Positions 33,896-46,229 are shown, counted from the whole stretch's first letter. The stretch is DNA of 63,098 nt, filler included, from Craspedostauros australis (GCA_030167865.1; 13 parts of 13 records of this genome joined end to end with filler, not necessarily neighbours in it); one strand, 5' to 3'. Notes: generated from the letters alone by a model not told the origin. Program-made: numbers and translations.

Positions 33896-35344
33896 TCAGT
33901 ATGAGTTCATGTGACATATCTGCACAATGTCCCACCGCACTTCTCCATCCGGGACCAGGTAATGATCCAAACCAGGATCCGCCTCTATGGTGCTGTCCAG
34001 CAGCAGCTCGCCGCGCCGCGAATCCGCGAACTGCGCGTAATGCCACGGCACACACAGATCGTCATCCTTGCGCATGACACCGGGCGGATAGGCGCGAATG
34101 AGATAGCGCAACGTCCGCAGCGCGATCTCGTTGGGATCATCATCGTCATCATCGTCGACGACCATGTAACCGTCCGGGTTGGATCTTGGCAACAGCGGCG
34201 ACAGCGCCGCGTAATGCAACGGAAGCCGCCCGCGCGCGTCGGCGTGATCCAGGCTCTGCGGTGCCAGCTCCGCGATGCGCTTCACGATGTCGAACGCCTC
34301 ATGGGACCTCGACACGGCCGCGTAGTGCAGCGGCAGGCGGCCGTGCGAATCGGCCTCGAGGAAGTCCTGCTGGCTGTAGCAGTGCGCCCACTGCTCCACC
34401 ATCTCGGCGCTGGCCGATTTCGACGCCACGGAGCTCAGCAGCATCTCGCCGTTGCACCGGCTGCTGTCGAAGATCACCGTGGACCACGTCGGCAGCACCT
34501 GCTCCGGCCACTTGCGGATCAGCGAGTACACCGTCGACAGCGTCACCTCCTCGTTGAGGCAGGCCGCGTGAAGGGGCGTCTGGCGCTGAATGCAGCTCTG
34601 GATGCGCAGGGCCCGCGGGAAGGCGTCGATCAGCACCTCCACGAGCCGCGGCGACACCTCCGGCGACATCACGGCGCGGTGCAGCGGCAGGTAGCCGTCC
34701 TCGTCGGGGATGGTCTCCTTCAGAACCTCGGGACACTTGCCAATGAGGTACGCCACGGATTCGGGAGACTGCCTCCTGCCACGACCGCGGCTGCGCAGCC
34801 GGCCGTCGGCCTTGGGCGTCTCCTCGCGCATCGCGTGATGCAACGGACACATGCCCTCGTTGTCGGGATGCACGAGCGCCGAAGGATAGGCCTCCACGAG
34901 GATCCTGAGCACCTCGGGGATCCTGGTGTACTGCGACTGGCACGCCATGTGCAGCGGCAGACCGCCCGTTCGCGGGTCCTGCAAGGTGAGCACCTCCGGG
35001 CTGCTGGCATCCATCATCCTGCGGATCACCTCCGCCATGTTGTTGTGCTCCGGCGCCGCCAGCGCGATGTGCAGCGGCAGCAGGCCGCCGTCGTCCTCGT
35101 GCGCCAACGCGGCGGGATTGCCGTTGATCAGGCAGTCCAGCAGGGTCAGGTCCTGGAAGCCGTAGTGCTCCACGCATCTGTGCAGGAAGGTCTTGCCGTG
35201 CAAGCCCACGAACTTGGATGTCCTGGGCTTGCGGCGGAACAGATCACGCACTTCCGCAGTGATGGGAGGTCCCATCTGGTTCCACTTGTCCAGCAGCTCC
35301 CACACTTGGAAGCCATCGTCGTAGACTCCGTTCGCCATAATCAT
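33896..35344 (-). CDS. Ankyrin-like LPLH repeat protein (start uncertain: ATG 35344 or 35482)
   Basis: Tandem GLLPLHIA, GGLPLHMAC, GMCPLHHA, GYLPLHRA, QTPLHAAC and GRLPLHYAA (x2) repeats in GC-rich coding sequence. Confidence 0.85.
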   Translation of the reverse strand: MIMANGVYDDGFQVWELLDKWNQMGPPITAEVRDLFRRKPRTSKFVGLHGKTFLHRCVEHYGFQDLTLLDCLINGNPAALAHEDDGGLLPLHIALAAPEHNNMAEVIRRMMDASSPEVLTLQDPRTGGLPLHMACQSQYTRIPEVLRILVEAYPSALVHPDNEGMCPLHHAMREETPKADGRLRSRGRGRRQSPESVAYLIGKCPEVLKETIPDEDGYLPLHRAVMSPEVSPRLVEVLIDAFPRALRIQSCIQRQTPLHAACLNEEVTLSTVYSLIRKWPEQVLPTWSTVIFDSSRCNGEMLLSSVASKSASAEMVEQWAHCYSQQDFLEADSHGRLPLHYAAVSRSHEAFDIVKRIAELAPQSLDHADARGRLPLHYAALSPLLPRSNPDGYMVVDDDDDDDPNEIALRTLRYLIRAYPPGVMRKDDDLCVPWHYAQFADSRRGELLLDSTIEADPGLDHYLVPDGEVRWDIVQICHMNSY

Positions 35345-35863
35345 CCGCAGCAACGCCTCTTCCGTATCTCTATCTAGCTGTCTGTCTATCTCGTTCTTTC
35401 TCTCTTTGTGTCCGTGGCAGACCAAATGAGCATGAGAGATGCAAAGTAGAGTAGAGTCGAGTGGAGTGACAGAGTACTGCATTTCTTGGGTTGTTTTGAT
35501 CGCGCTCTGTGTTTGCTCGGAGTTGCGCGCGAGCTTCACAAAACTCTCTTTGTTTTGTCTTTGAGCGTTGCGGTAAATACATGATCCAATTCCATTCTTT
35601 CCAAGATTGGTCTTCTTTGGTTTTGCGTTCTTGGTCTTCTGGTGTGCGTTTGTCCGAAGATGGTATATTTTTGAGTTGGGTGTTGTACGGATACCTCTTG
35701 CCATGTGTCGGTTAGCCCACCGATCGCGGATATTCTCCCTCCAACACGTCAGCGTTCGCCACGGCATCTTGGAAGTATGGTTCGTGCCAAGAGTACTCAC
35801 CACATCATCATCACGTGACGTGATGCCTTTTTTGGCATGTTGGAAGCATTTATGCTTCCAACA

Positions 35864-36161
35864 GTGAGTCGACCTGCACTTTGTCATGGGACTCAATAAC
35901 TTTTATCTAGTAGATCCAAACCAAGCACATATTAGTAATCCTTATAATCTTCTTACAAATAATTAACCGATCGATTTTTGTTGTATATCCTTTTTTAAGT
36001 TTTATGTACAGTCAAAGATATGCTAAAGTCCTATGAGTCGACCCCATGAAACTCCTGCTTGTTTTTCAGAAGGTTCTATGCTGTTCCGAAGTATTTATCG
36101 CCGGGTGATCAGTCACGGACCTGCCTCGGAAGGAGTCGTTCGTTTGGTACACGTTAAATAC
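35864..36161 (+). repeat. AT-rich ~300-bp dispersed repeat, solo diverged copy
   Basis: Colinear with 61132..61431. Shared blocks are GTGAGTCGACC, ATCCAAACCAAGCACATAT, TTTTAAGTTTTATG, CAGAAGGTTCTAT, GTATTTATCG, GGTGATCAGTCACGGAC and CGTTTGGTAC. Confidence 0.85.
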
Positions 36162-36310
36162 ACGTTAGCATCTGCGACATGATCTCACATTTTGCTCGTC
36201 ACAAAACACANNNNNNNNNNNNNNNNNNNNNNNNNNNNNNNNNNNNNNNNNNNNTTAATTAATTAANNNNNNNNNNNNNNNNNNNNNNNNNNNNNNNNNN
36301 NNNNNNNNNN

Positions 36311-38001
36311 ATGGATGACGGGTGAGTAATGCTCTTGGAAGTCTACTCCTGCAACTTGTGAATAGCCACATGCAACGAGCCGCGCTCGATGTGTCCCGTC
36401 ATGCTTCAGCTTGAAGACCCATTTGCATTTGCAGCATCTGCGGCCGCGTGGGATGGCGTCTCGTTTGATCTTGCTATACACCTTGCGTGTATCCATGGAG
36501 TCGAATTCCTTCTTGATGGCTGCTCGATATCCCTTTCGATGGATAGGATCTGGATGATTGAAGGCTCCGTCGAACGTTGTAGGTTCGATGTGCTTCTCTG
36601 GTTCTTTCTTCTCGTCCTGCATCGATAATCCAATATCGATCGCTGGTGTCTTGGTGATGATTGCGTTCATCCCGTATAGTCCAGTTGTGCTATGGTGAGC
36701 GATCTCGATCTCTTCTTTATCCATGATTTCTTCATCATCTGTGATTTCGTTGTTGGAATCATCGATTATCTCGTCGCTGAGTTCGTCACTCGCCTCATCG
36801 GATGATGGATCGCTCTCATAGCCTTCTTCCTTTCGGCCTTGTTCGTTGAAGTCTGCGAGCTCACGCAGAGCTCTGGGAATACTCTTCCCTGCAGTTGACT
36901 TGGGATTAGCTTCTCCCTTCCTGCCTCGTGCTTCGTGACATCGGATCCTCTCCTTTCTAGCTATATCACGCTTGTTTGGTTTGCTCGGTGGAGGTCTGGA
37001 TGGTGTGTCATGTGTAGACCTCGCTGGTGTATTCGGAGGGGTGACGCCTGTGTCATCATCGGCTTCGTCGCTGGATGGTGTGATCTCGTCATCCTCATGA
37101 TTGGATTCGCTCCGATCTTCCTCGTCGTTATGGATTAGTTGGGTTACTGCTCCATCGTCCTCATCATCCTCATCGTCGCTGTCCGATAGGATGTAGTACC
37201 TGTTGCTGTCAGCGAAAGATACTCTCTTTGCTTCCGATGTTTGACGCGTTGCCGTCCTTGGCGTTGCTCCCTTTCGTCCGATGGTTGTGAAGCCGTCTGC
37301 GTCCGTCGTTCCTGTTTCATTGGATATGTTCGGTGCTGGTGCCCAGCCACGGAACTGTCCGTATGACTGGTTGAGCCATTTGATGTCACGAGAGCAGACC
37401 AGTGATTTGGTCGATGGTCTGTACATGTTGTAGACCCCTGATGCGTGCTGGTGTGCATATCCGATGAACACCATTTCTTCTCCTCTGTTCTTGAGCTTAG
37501 CGGTAATCCCGCCGTAGGTAGTCTTCACAACACCCACCTCTCCAAATGTGCGGAGTGCATCCGCGTATGGTGGATCACTTCCGAAGAATTGGCGGTACGG
37601 TGACTCTTTCTGGTTCTTCGCTACGGTGATGTTGGCGATGGCAGTGGCAGTGCTCGCAGCTGCTGCCCACAGGCCATGCCTATACTCTTCGTCGAGCTGT
37701 GCTCCGTTGAGCATGGAGCGGACCTTGGTGTAGAGGTACGCGAACTTGCGTTCTACTCTACCGTTCTGTTGCGGTGTGTTCGATGCTGTGAATTCGAATT
37801 TCACGTTCAGTCCTGCATCGATGAGAATATCCTGCGTGGATTTGTTCTCTCCGCTGTTGTCTCCACGGAAGATGATTTGTTGATCACCAGTCTGTGATTT
37901 GATCGTCTGGACGAATTGTTTGATGTACCCTGGTTGATCACTCTTGTTCTTGAGAAAGAAACTCCAGCAGTGATCCGTGCAGTCGTCCACGATCAGGGTC
38001 C
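36311..38001 (-). mobile_element. Ty1/Copia LTR retrotransposon pol fragment (integrase to start of RT)
   Basis: Integrase motifs are VDDCTD, RGDNSGE and TPQQNGRVER. RT motifs are CKWVFKLK and RARLVACGYSQVAGVDF. The integrase-before-RT order is Copia-type. The fragment is bounded by gaps. Confidence 0.95.
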
Positions 38002-38230
38002 NNNNNNNNNNNNNNNNNNNNNNNNNNNNNNNNNNNNNNNNNNNNTTAATTAATTAANNNNNNNNNNNNNNNNNNNNNNNNNNNNNNNNNNNNNNNNNNN
38101 NAGATCATGGATACTGAAGGTGAACTTCAAATGGTAAGTACTCATGGAGTAGGAACCAGTACTGAACAAACGGAGTGTCGAATGCGGAATACGCATCGAA
38201 CACGGAGTATCGTGTAGCATGAGTACACGA

Positions 38231-38471
38231 TGTTGAGAGAGAGAGAGAGAGAGAGAGAGAATACAGAGAGGAGCGAGAGAGGATCTCGCGTACCGACTCA
38301 TAGTCGGAGACTGAATCTACGAAACAGATTGAAGCGCCGAGAGCATCGGGCAAGACAACTGGTGTACACCGAGAGGATCGGAGTAACCAAGTAATGAAAT
38401 AGCAAGCAGACGACTATCAACCAACACCATCTTCCACGATCGTAGGTTACCGTGAGCGGAACTTGCCAACA
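38231..38471 (-). mobile_element. Putative LTR (family A, 241 bp, TGTTG...CAACA) with adjacent internal sequence continuing to 38102
   Basis: It has 5-bp inverted termini and a CT-rich 3' part. The same terminus recurs at 49300 (+) and 58501 (-), each with a different flank. Confidence 0.75.
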
Positions 38472-39326
38472 ATCACCATAGGTCCCTCTGTTGGCCTAGC
38501 ATGCATCCGTCTTGCATTCATCGCAAATTCACCATGGACATGCATGCACCACCGGGTGCCCCATATCCGTGCACACAAGCACGTTGTCCTCCGCTGATAG
38601 TTTCGTTGCCTTAGACATCGCCGAGTCGCAAGCATCATACAGATCGGTTCATTCAATCAGATCACGATTGCCCATTCGTCACGGGAACACATTGGTTGGG
38701 AGCTCATTCAGCTCCTCATCGTCACACATCTCCGATCATCTCCGATGCTTCTCCGATCGTTTCTCCGATCACTTCACCGATCACTTCACCGGCTTCCTGC
38801 AGGTTCGTCATCACTGATTGGTTCACAGGCCATCTCACTCTTCGTGGCATCGGCCTTCCTCCAGTACTCTTTTCTCATTGGGTGCGACATGAGGGCCGTA
38901 GTCGCGTGTATCGTGATGTTGGTCACGATTCCAACATCCCTGCCCCCTGCGACATTCACGTGTGATTGGCATTCCTGCATTGAGGTCACGAACATCAAGG
39001 TATGGTTCGCATTCGGCACGTGTCGTTCTCCATCGCGAAACACGTGCAGCTCACATTTTCCTGTCACAAAGATCCAAGGGTGGTATTTGCGGTAAATTAT
39101 CATATCACGACGTTCGGCTCCTTACTCCTGGGAGGTGCGGCAATTCGGTGTTTCAGAACACCCGATCCCTGACAGATACTCTCAGAAATCGTTGTTGACG
39201 AATTTCTCCTGAAATTCTGATCGGTTTCGTGTGCCCGAATCTGTGATGTGATTTTGACAAATCACAGCTCAATGTCCAACACGAGTGTAGTTGTACCGTC
39301 TGGACATGAGTATTAGAGAATAACGG

Positions 39327-40187
39327 GTGAACGATGCACATACACATATGCACATCTCAACACACGTCTGCAACAGCGTCAATGATCTGCTTGCCTTGGT
39401 GGAACTGCCGGATCCGGAGGACACGGATCCCAACGACATTCGTCTCGTCACGACCGATCCATGGACGCAGTTCGCCCTCGTCTTCGCCGCCCTTGTTCAT
39501 GGCATTGATCATTCCGGCGTCCCCAATGCCCAGCTCATCAAGGAGAAGACGCACGTTGCCAACGCCTACCAGAACAAGAGCGTCGCAGAACAGAACTCGG
39601 TGGAGCTGGCGTGGAATCTGCTGCTGGAGCCGTGATACAGAGATCTGCGCAATTGCATCTTCCGCACGTCGCAAGAAGTCAGCAGATTTCGTGGATTGGT
39701 CGTCACGGCCGTCATGGCCACGGATATTGCTGACAAAGAGCTGGCGGCATTACGCAAGGGTCGTGCTGCTGGCGTCATGAACGCTGCTGCGAATGGCGAT
39801 GCTGCGTTACCGGCGTCATCGTCCGTGGCGGCATCATCATCGTCCCCGTGCATTGATGCAGTCAGCCGCAGGGCAACCTTCGTGCTCGAAACCTTGATCC
39901 AGGCCGCCGATGTCTCGCACACGATGCAAAGCTTTTCGATTTACAAACGATGGAACCGCAAACTGTACAGCGAGATGTACGCTGCCTTCAAATACGGACG
40001 CGCCGAGAAGGACCCCACCGACGGCTGGTACAAGGGCGACATCGGCTTTTTCGATTTCTACATCATCACGCTGGCGCAAAAGCTCAAGCTGTGCGGCGTC
40101 GTCTCGTGCGAGCAGTACATCGAAGGTGCCAGATCCAATCGCAGCGAATGGGAACGCATCGGAGAGAGTCTCGTCAGAGACTACAAC
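39327..40187 (+). pseudogene. Cyclic-nucleotide phosphodiesterase (class I) domain of diatom cyclase-PDE type, disabled
   Basis: DPWTQFALVFAALVHGIDHSGVPNAQL..SVAEQNSVELAW..VMATDI..LIQAADVSHTMQ..WYKGDIGFFDFYII. There is an in-frame TGA at 39633-39635, the HD motif reads HG, and no cyclase domain is visible upstream. Confidence 0.8.
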
Positions 40188-41724
40188 ANCNCACGCAACG
40201 ACGCCATTCCACGGGNTTCCACGAGCGGCCTGATGACAGCCAAGATCGCCAAACCACCCAGCCAGGATGTTCGCAGTCCCAAGATGTCTTCCAACAACAC
40301 AGGCGCGTCGAAACCTGGACTTCGCAAGCAATCCTCCAAGATCAAACGTGCGACGCCACCATCAGCGACACCGAAAATGAAGAATACCAAGAAGACAAGC
40401 AACAACAAGAGCAAGACGAAGAAGAAGAAGATCACCGCCACGTCGAAACGCAACGGCAAAATCACACCAGCAGCAGCACCGCAGGTTGTGTTGAACATGT
40501 CCAACGTCATTCCAAGGAATTCNNNNNNNNNNNNNNNNNNNNNNNNNNNNNNNNNNNNNNNNNNNNNNNNNNNNNNNNNNNNNNNNTCGTCTTGTTCGGT
40601 GTCCTCTGTGGATTTGGATGTTTCCGTTTCATCTGATGAAGAATCGTCGGATTCATCATCATCTTCATCTTCATCTTGCGGATCATCGTCATCCTCATCG
40701 TCGTCATCTTGCTCTGTGTCGTGCTCTTCGTCATCCGATGACAATGAGCAGGAGGAAAAGAAGGTGGAGCAACTTGCGATGGCAGCCAGACGCCGCAATA
40801 TGTTCAAAAAGACAAAGGCAACCTGTGACAAGCACCAGCATCAGCAGAAGAAGAGCAAGGGTCGGAAGNNNNNNNNNNNNNNNNNNNNNNNNNNNNNNNN
40901 NNNNNNNNNNNNTTAATTAATTAANNNNNNNNNNNNNNNNNNNNNNNNNNNNNNNNNNNNNNNNNNNNAATAAGGATATGCACGACGAGGTGCATGGCAA
41001 GAATGCCTACGGATATGCACGACGATGTGCATGACAAGGATGCCTGCGGATAAGATCTCATGCATGCAAGCGTTGATTCATGATGATGAGATGCATGAAT
41101 ACAACAGTCTAACACGATGCTGCTGCAGGAGATGCTACATGAGAAACGAAAGGCAAAGGAGCTGAAGAGAATGAGCTCACAGTTCTGAATAGTACGGTCT
41201 AACAACGAATTAGGTCTTACTAACACTAACCCCGGATTTCCAACAGACATCATGCACGAACTGCAGCACCAACAACAAGCTGACTGTTGCAGTACGCTCC
41301 ACTTCATCAAGTTGGATTCGAGCCCTTCTAGCCAGGCATGATGCCCGCGAGGTCCACCATCATTTCCCACGCAGCTCCTTCCATACCCATCTGCAATTCA
41401 TGCACAGAAGACCATGCGTATCTCGCAGTTTAGCCAGACCATGCTGCGAATGACACAGGAGTGCATGGAGCAGCATGCCGCATGGATCAGCAAAGGTGAC
41501 GGTGAAGGCATGCCGGACGCACCATTGAATGAATGGATCATTAATTGCTCAGGTTCCTTTTACACGGTTTCTATCCTAATGACTATTCTGACGACTAGGT
41601 TTATCCATCAACTCAATTCTGCCATGCGTTCACTTCTCGAGGACTGCTGTGATAGTATGGTAAGGTATGGTCTGGCACTTCACTCCTCTTCTTCAGCAGC
41701 GCCGTCCGTCTCAACCACTTTGGA

Positions 41725-42157
41725 TCAATTGGTTCTCATTGAGCGGACGAGGTCCACGAGTGTTGCCCGATCCATGTATGAATCAATCTGTGCTGTACCC
41801 TCGTCCTCATCTATGATCTTGTACAGCTCCATCATGGACATGTGGCTGTACTCATCATCACTCTCTGCTTCCCCACTGCAAAACGCCTGGGTCTCCGTCA
41901 TCAGTTGATGGTGCGGAACCAGTTTCTTGAAATCTGGATGAGTGAACAGATTTTGATCATATCCAGCTGCCATTCTCATCGCGGCATCCTTCAACACCAC
42001 GCAGTTGTGTTGATCAGCGAGTATCAATGCATCCATCATGGTGGTCTGTGTGAGATATTTGTGGGCCAACTCCGCTTCAAGAACAAGCTTGAGTCGCCAG
42101 AAGCCGAACTTGTTGGCCACAAGGATCAGCTGTTGCAGATCGTGCCATCCAGTGAGG
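41725..42157 (-). CDS. BTB/POZ (SPOP-like) protein, C-terminal fragment
   Basis: LILVANKFGFWRLKLVLEAEL..DALILADQHNCVVLKDAAM. The 5' part is lost in the gap. Confidence 0.7.
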
Positions 42158-42257
42158 NNNNNNNNNNNNNNNNNNNNNNNNNNNNNNNNNNNNNNNNNNN
42201 NTTAATTAATTAANNNNNNNNNNNNNNNNNNNNNNNNNNNNNNNNNNNNNNNNNNNN

Positions 42258-43394
42258 GGCCGTCATTGCATATTTAGAGGTCTCTCCGTCCAATTTGGTG
42301 ATTCATATGACTGTGAATATTCAGAGGCAATGTATATCGTGTTCTGGCCAGAATTGCATAGGAATGATCAATGCGCGAGCAAATCAACGATGGTGGGCCA
42401 TGGTATGGTCCCCAATGGGTGCGTTCCGAGTGGCTATAGGCCATCATTGCATATTTATGGGGTCCTCCGGTCAAATTTGGTGATTCATATGACTGTGAAT
42501 ATTCGGCAACACTGAATATCGTGTTCTGGCTAGAAGTGCATAGGAATGATCGATCCGCGAGCAAACAAACGATGGTGGGCCATGGTATGGTCCCCCATGG
42601 GTGCGTTCCAAGTGGTTATAGGTCGCCAATGCATAGTTAAGGCGTCCTCCGGTCAAATTTGGTGATTCATATGATGGTGAATATTCAGAGGCAATGTATA
42701 TCGTGTTCTGGCCAGATGTACATAGGAATGATCAATGCGCGAGCAAATCAACGATGGTGGGCCATGGTATGGTCCCCCATGGGTGCGTTCCGAGTGGTTA
42801 CAGGCCGTCATTGCATATATAGAGGTTCTGCGGTCCAATTTGGTGATTCATATGACTGTGAATATTCAGCACCACTGAATATCGTGTTCTGGCCAGATGT
42901 ACATAGGAATGATCAATGTGCGAGCAAACAAACGATGGCGGGCCATGGTATGGTCCCCGATGGGTGCGTTCCAAGTGGTTATAGGCCGTAATTACGTATT
43001 TATAGGATCCTCCGGTCGAATTTGGTGATTCATATGAAGTTGAATATTCAGCACCACTGAATATCGTGTTCTGGATAGATGTACATAGGAATGGTCAATG
43101 CGCGAGCAACCCAACAACGGGGGACGATGGTATGGTCCCCAATGGGTGCGTTCCGAGTGGTTATAGGTCGCCAATGCATATATAGAGGTCTCTCCGTCCA
43201 ATTTGGTGATTCATATGATGGTGAATATTCGGCAACACTGAATATCGTGTTCTGGCTAGAAGTGCATAGGAATGGTCAATGCGCGAGCAAACCAACGATG
43301 GTGGGCCATGGTACGGTCCCCAATGGGTGCGTTCCGAGTGGTTATAGGTCGCCAATGCATATATAGAGGTCTCTCCGTCCAATTTGGTGATTCA
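42258..43394. repeat. Tandem satellite, 181-182 bp unit, >6 copies
   Basis: TTTGGTGATTCA recurs at 42294, 42476, 42658, 42839, 43021, 43202 and 43383. The array fills the whole contig. Confidence 0.97.
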
Positions 43395-43494
43395 NNNNNN
43401 NNNNNNNNNNNNNNNNNNNNNNNNNNNNNNNNNNNNNNTTAATTAATTAANNNNNNNNNNNNNNNNNNNNNNNNNNNNNNNNNNNNNNNNNNNN

Positions 43495-44330
43495 CCAGAG
43501 GCGGCCGGTTTGTGTAGCGTCAGCACGGCTTGCTCCACCCATACCGTGACCTGTGCCATCTGTGCCTCGCCGGCCAGCGCCGTATGTAGCTGTCATAGAT
43601 GCTTGGTGCGGTCCTGCTCAAGGCAAAGACGGAGTGATTCTGCCCTGTCATGTAGGGCTTACACCATCCCAGCTTCAGCCGAGTCTTGACCTTCGAACAA
43701 TGTCTCGTTGCATGCTCCCCATTGCTCCCAGGCATTGCGCCAAATGCAATGTATGAGCTGCCTGGACCACTTGTCTTCCAATTTCCAAGGCTGTTGCTGC
43801 TGCAGAAATTTGCTCTGCATCGGTTCCCACTTCCTGTCTAGGAGTCCTTTTCCGAGCGCCTGTGGACCCACAGCAAACTGCTGCCACACTGCCTCATGGA
43901 GAGAGCTGCCCAGGCTGGTAGCCCTGAGATGGACCGACCCCTCAAGCTGGCTTTGCAGGATGGCGGTCATATTGATGGCAATTTCAGGCTTCGTGGGATA
44001 TCTCCGCATCCAGCGCCGCAACTCCCATAAATGCCTCGTCGAGATTTTACCCGGCCCTCCCCTGCACACTGCCAGAAGTGCAACGTATCCTTGCAGCCTC
44101 CGCAACTGGGGCATTGGTCTGACACACTGGCAACTACCACTTGTTTTTCTTCACCAATCCAGTTCCAGAATATCACCAGCAACTGCTTTCATTTCATTAC
44201 GTTTTCATTGCAGCTGTGGCCCTTTCCGTTCCTACTTGCTTTTGTTCTGTGGCTGTCGCAGGTCTCACACATCGCGTCAACACTGCATTTATACAAATAT
44301 CTTGCGCCTTGATTGATTTCTGAATCAGTG
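43495..44330 (-). mobile_element. Degenerate non-LTR retrotransposon ORF2 C-terminus (L1/Ambal-like)
   Basis: A CPSCGGCKDTLHFWQC zinc knuckle is followed, in a shifted frame, by QQFAVG..GLLDRKW..WSRQLIHCIWRNAWEQWGACNETL. This resembles the 'IGW..W..LW..W..RN..LH' tail of LINE ORF2. Confidence 0.6.
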
Positions 44331-45046
44331 TTACACTCCTTTGCAGTTGGATCCAATCTCATACAACGGCGCAACTGATTGGGAGTTTGTATTCATGCTC
44401 TTGTCGTCCAAGAGGAGGCTTCTTATTCTACCCAAGCATATGACTGATATGTAGTGAATGATGGAGTATTGGTTTTCAATGCAAGAGGGATGGAATGAAT
44501 AGTAGCTTGCACTTGCACGGTATTGCGGAGAATATTACAGATGGTGAACTTGCTATGATGGATGGGCGCAGACAAGCATCAATCCTTGCACTCGCCACAA
44601 CACTGGAGAGATGGGACGAAGCAAGCAAGCGAATGGACGTGCCCTTCCAACAGAGCAGGTGCAATAATAGTCAACAAAGCAAGCAAACAGTAAGGTTGGT
44701 TTGCACGATGAACGTACACAACAGCAGAGGGGACGAAGATACCTGACTCTTGCCCCCTCAATCCCATAGCAAGCAAGTACAGCAACAGCTAGACAACACC
44801 ATGCATATTCTACACAAGAACTATGTCATTCATGTGCTTTGTAGTGAGTAGTTTAGTCAGATATCAACGAAGCCAGCATATCACTGCTGATGGTCAAAAA
44901 GCACGGGAAAGTACGCAGTATTTGGGTTCCTAGTCGGAAAAGCACAGGAGACAATTTGCGGTTTTGGGTGTTGTTGTTTTTGGTTTTACTCGATTGAGTC
45001 CGCTGTCTCTCGGCTCCGTGTTAATTTACCGCACTATTTTTGAGTT

Positions 45047-45129
45047 TGTCTCCTGAGACAACAATCTTGGTCCACATCCGGGTGCCTTGTCTCAGGAGAC
45101 AAAAAGGCCTGATTTTGTCTCCTGAGACA
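45047..45129. repeat. Three copies of a 14-bp quasi-palindrome TGTCTC(CT/AG)GAGACA in alternating orientation
   Basis: Copies lie at 45047-45060, 45088-45101 (inverted) and 45116-45129, where the Copia coding sequence breaks off. Confidence 0.85.
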
Positions 45130-46229
45130 TGAAAATTTCCTCGTGGATATCGGAATCATTGTGTTTCAGTATTGGACCACTGCACATTGAAGTGTAGATG
45201 TCCGTCTCGGAATGCGTGGCTGAGGATGGATTGGACTGCCAAGTCGTCAGATTTCGCGTTTTCGACCTGGTTTCGGAACAGCTCGTCATGCTCTCGCTCG
45301 ATGAGAGAGGACTCACGCCCCTGAGAGCGGTGCTCTGGAGGATCTGGCATTGCTGTGACTTCGGAGTCATCGGTCTCCTCAGAGATGTTACCTGTGGATG
45401 TGTCGCCGTCATCATCCGAGATGACGCCGTGCGCATTATGTTCCAGCTTGTCGCCGTCATTGGGTATGATATTGGGTTGACTGAACCATCGGTCAGCCGT
45501 ACCTGCTGGTTTATTGGAAGCGGATACGCCCCTGACCTCCATTGTCGTCGGCTCCGGTGGACCCGCCGCTGCCCCTGATTGCACAGCAATCGCGTCGATG
45601 GCCTCACGGACCTGTCGAGCGAGCTCCGCCGGCAATGTCTTGGTTCTGGCGCGTTCGCCGGACTCGCCGCGCGTAGTGGTGTGGATGATATCCAGTTGAG
45701 CAATGCGGTGTATCTCCTCGTCTGTGATGCGTGGAGGGATGGCGTCCTTGACAACACGTGGCTTGACGATGTTGCATACAAGCGCGGTGCTCTTCGTGAT
45801 GTCATCGCCTCGTGGCGACCAGATGTTGTAGGTGAACGGATCTCCGTGATTCCATGCGATGCCAAGGAAGTACTCTGGCTTGAATGGATGGTTGGGAAAT
45901 TTGGTCATGGGTTCGAAGAACCATACGGGTTGGAAGAACGCGAAGCGAAACATTGAGATGTCAGGAGTGTTCCCGCGAAGAATCCCAATCGGAGTACGCC
46001 ATTGGAGGCTTGCCTTCGCCGTGTAATTCCATGCGTCGATGGCATGTAGCACAGCGTAGCACCAGAATGCGAGTGGCTCCAAGGCCGCCCACAGTAGCTG
46101 GTATGCATGCCGCTTGACATCGCTGATTGCCCGTTCTGCGTGGTTCTGGTTCTGGTTCATTGGCACGGTGAACTGGTGTTTGATCAAATATCGTGTGGTC
46201 ACCGCCTTCCATGCCTTGCCCGATTGCAC

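Noticed and set aside
33911..35377. 488-aa antisense ORF (similarly 17236..18555 and 23804..24679)
   Set aside because: These are shadow frames of GC-rich coding sequence on the opposite strand, with no recognisable motifs.
38472..39300. Degenerate 12-bp repeats (CCGATCACTTCA-like) and a C..H..H..C-like frame
   Set aside because: It could be a gag relic, but it is too degenerate to support.
42258..43394. Possible CRISPR array or repeated small ORFs
   Set aside because: Whole units repeat without unique spacers, the context is eukaryotic, and the ORFs are by-products of the satellite.
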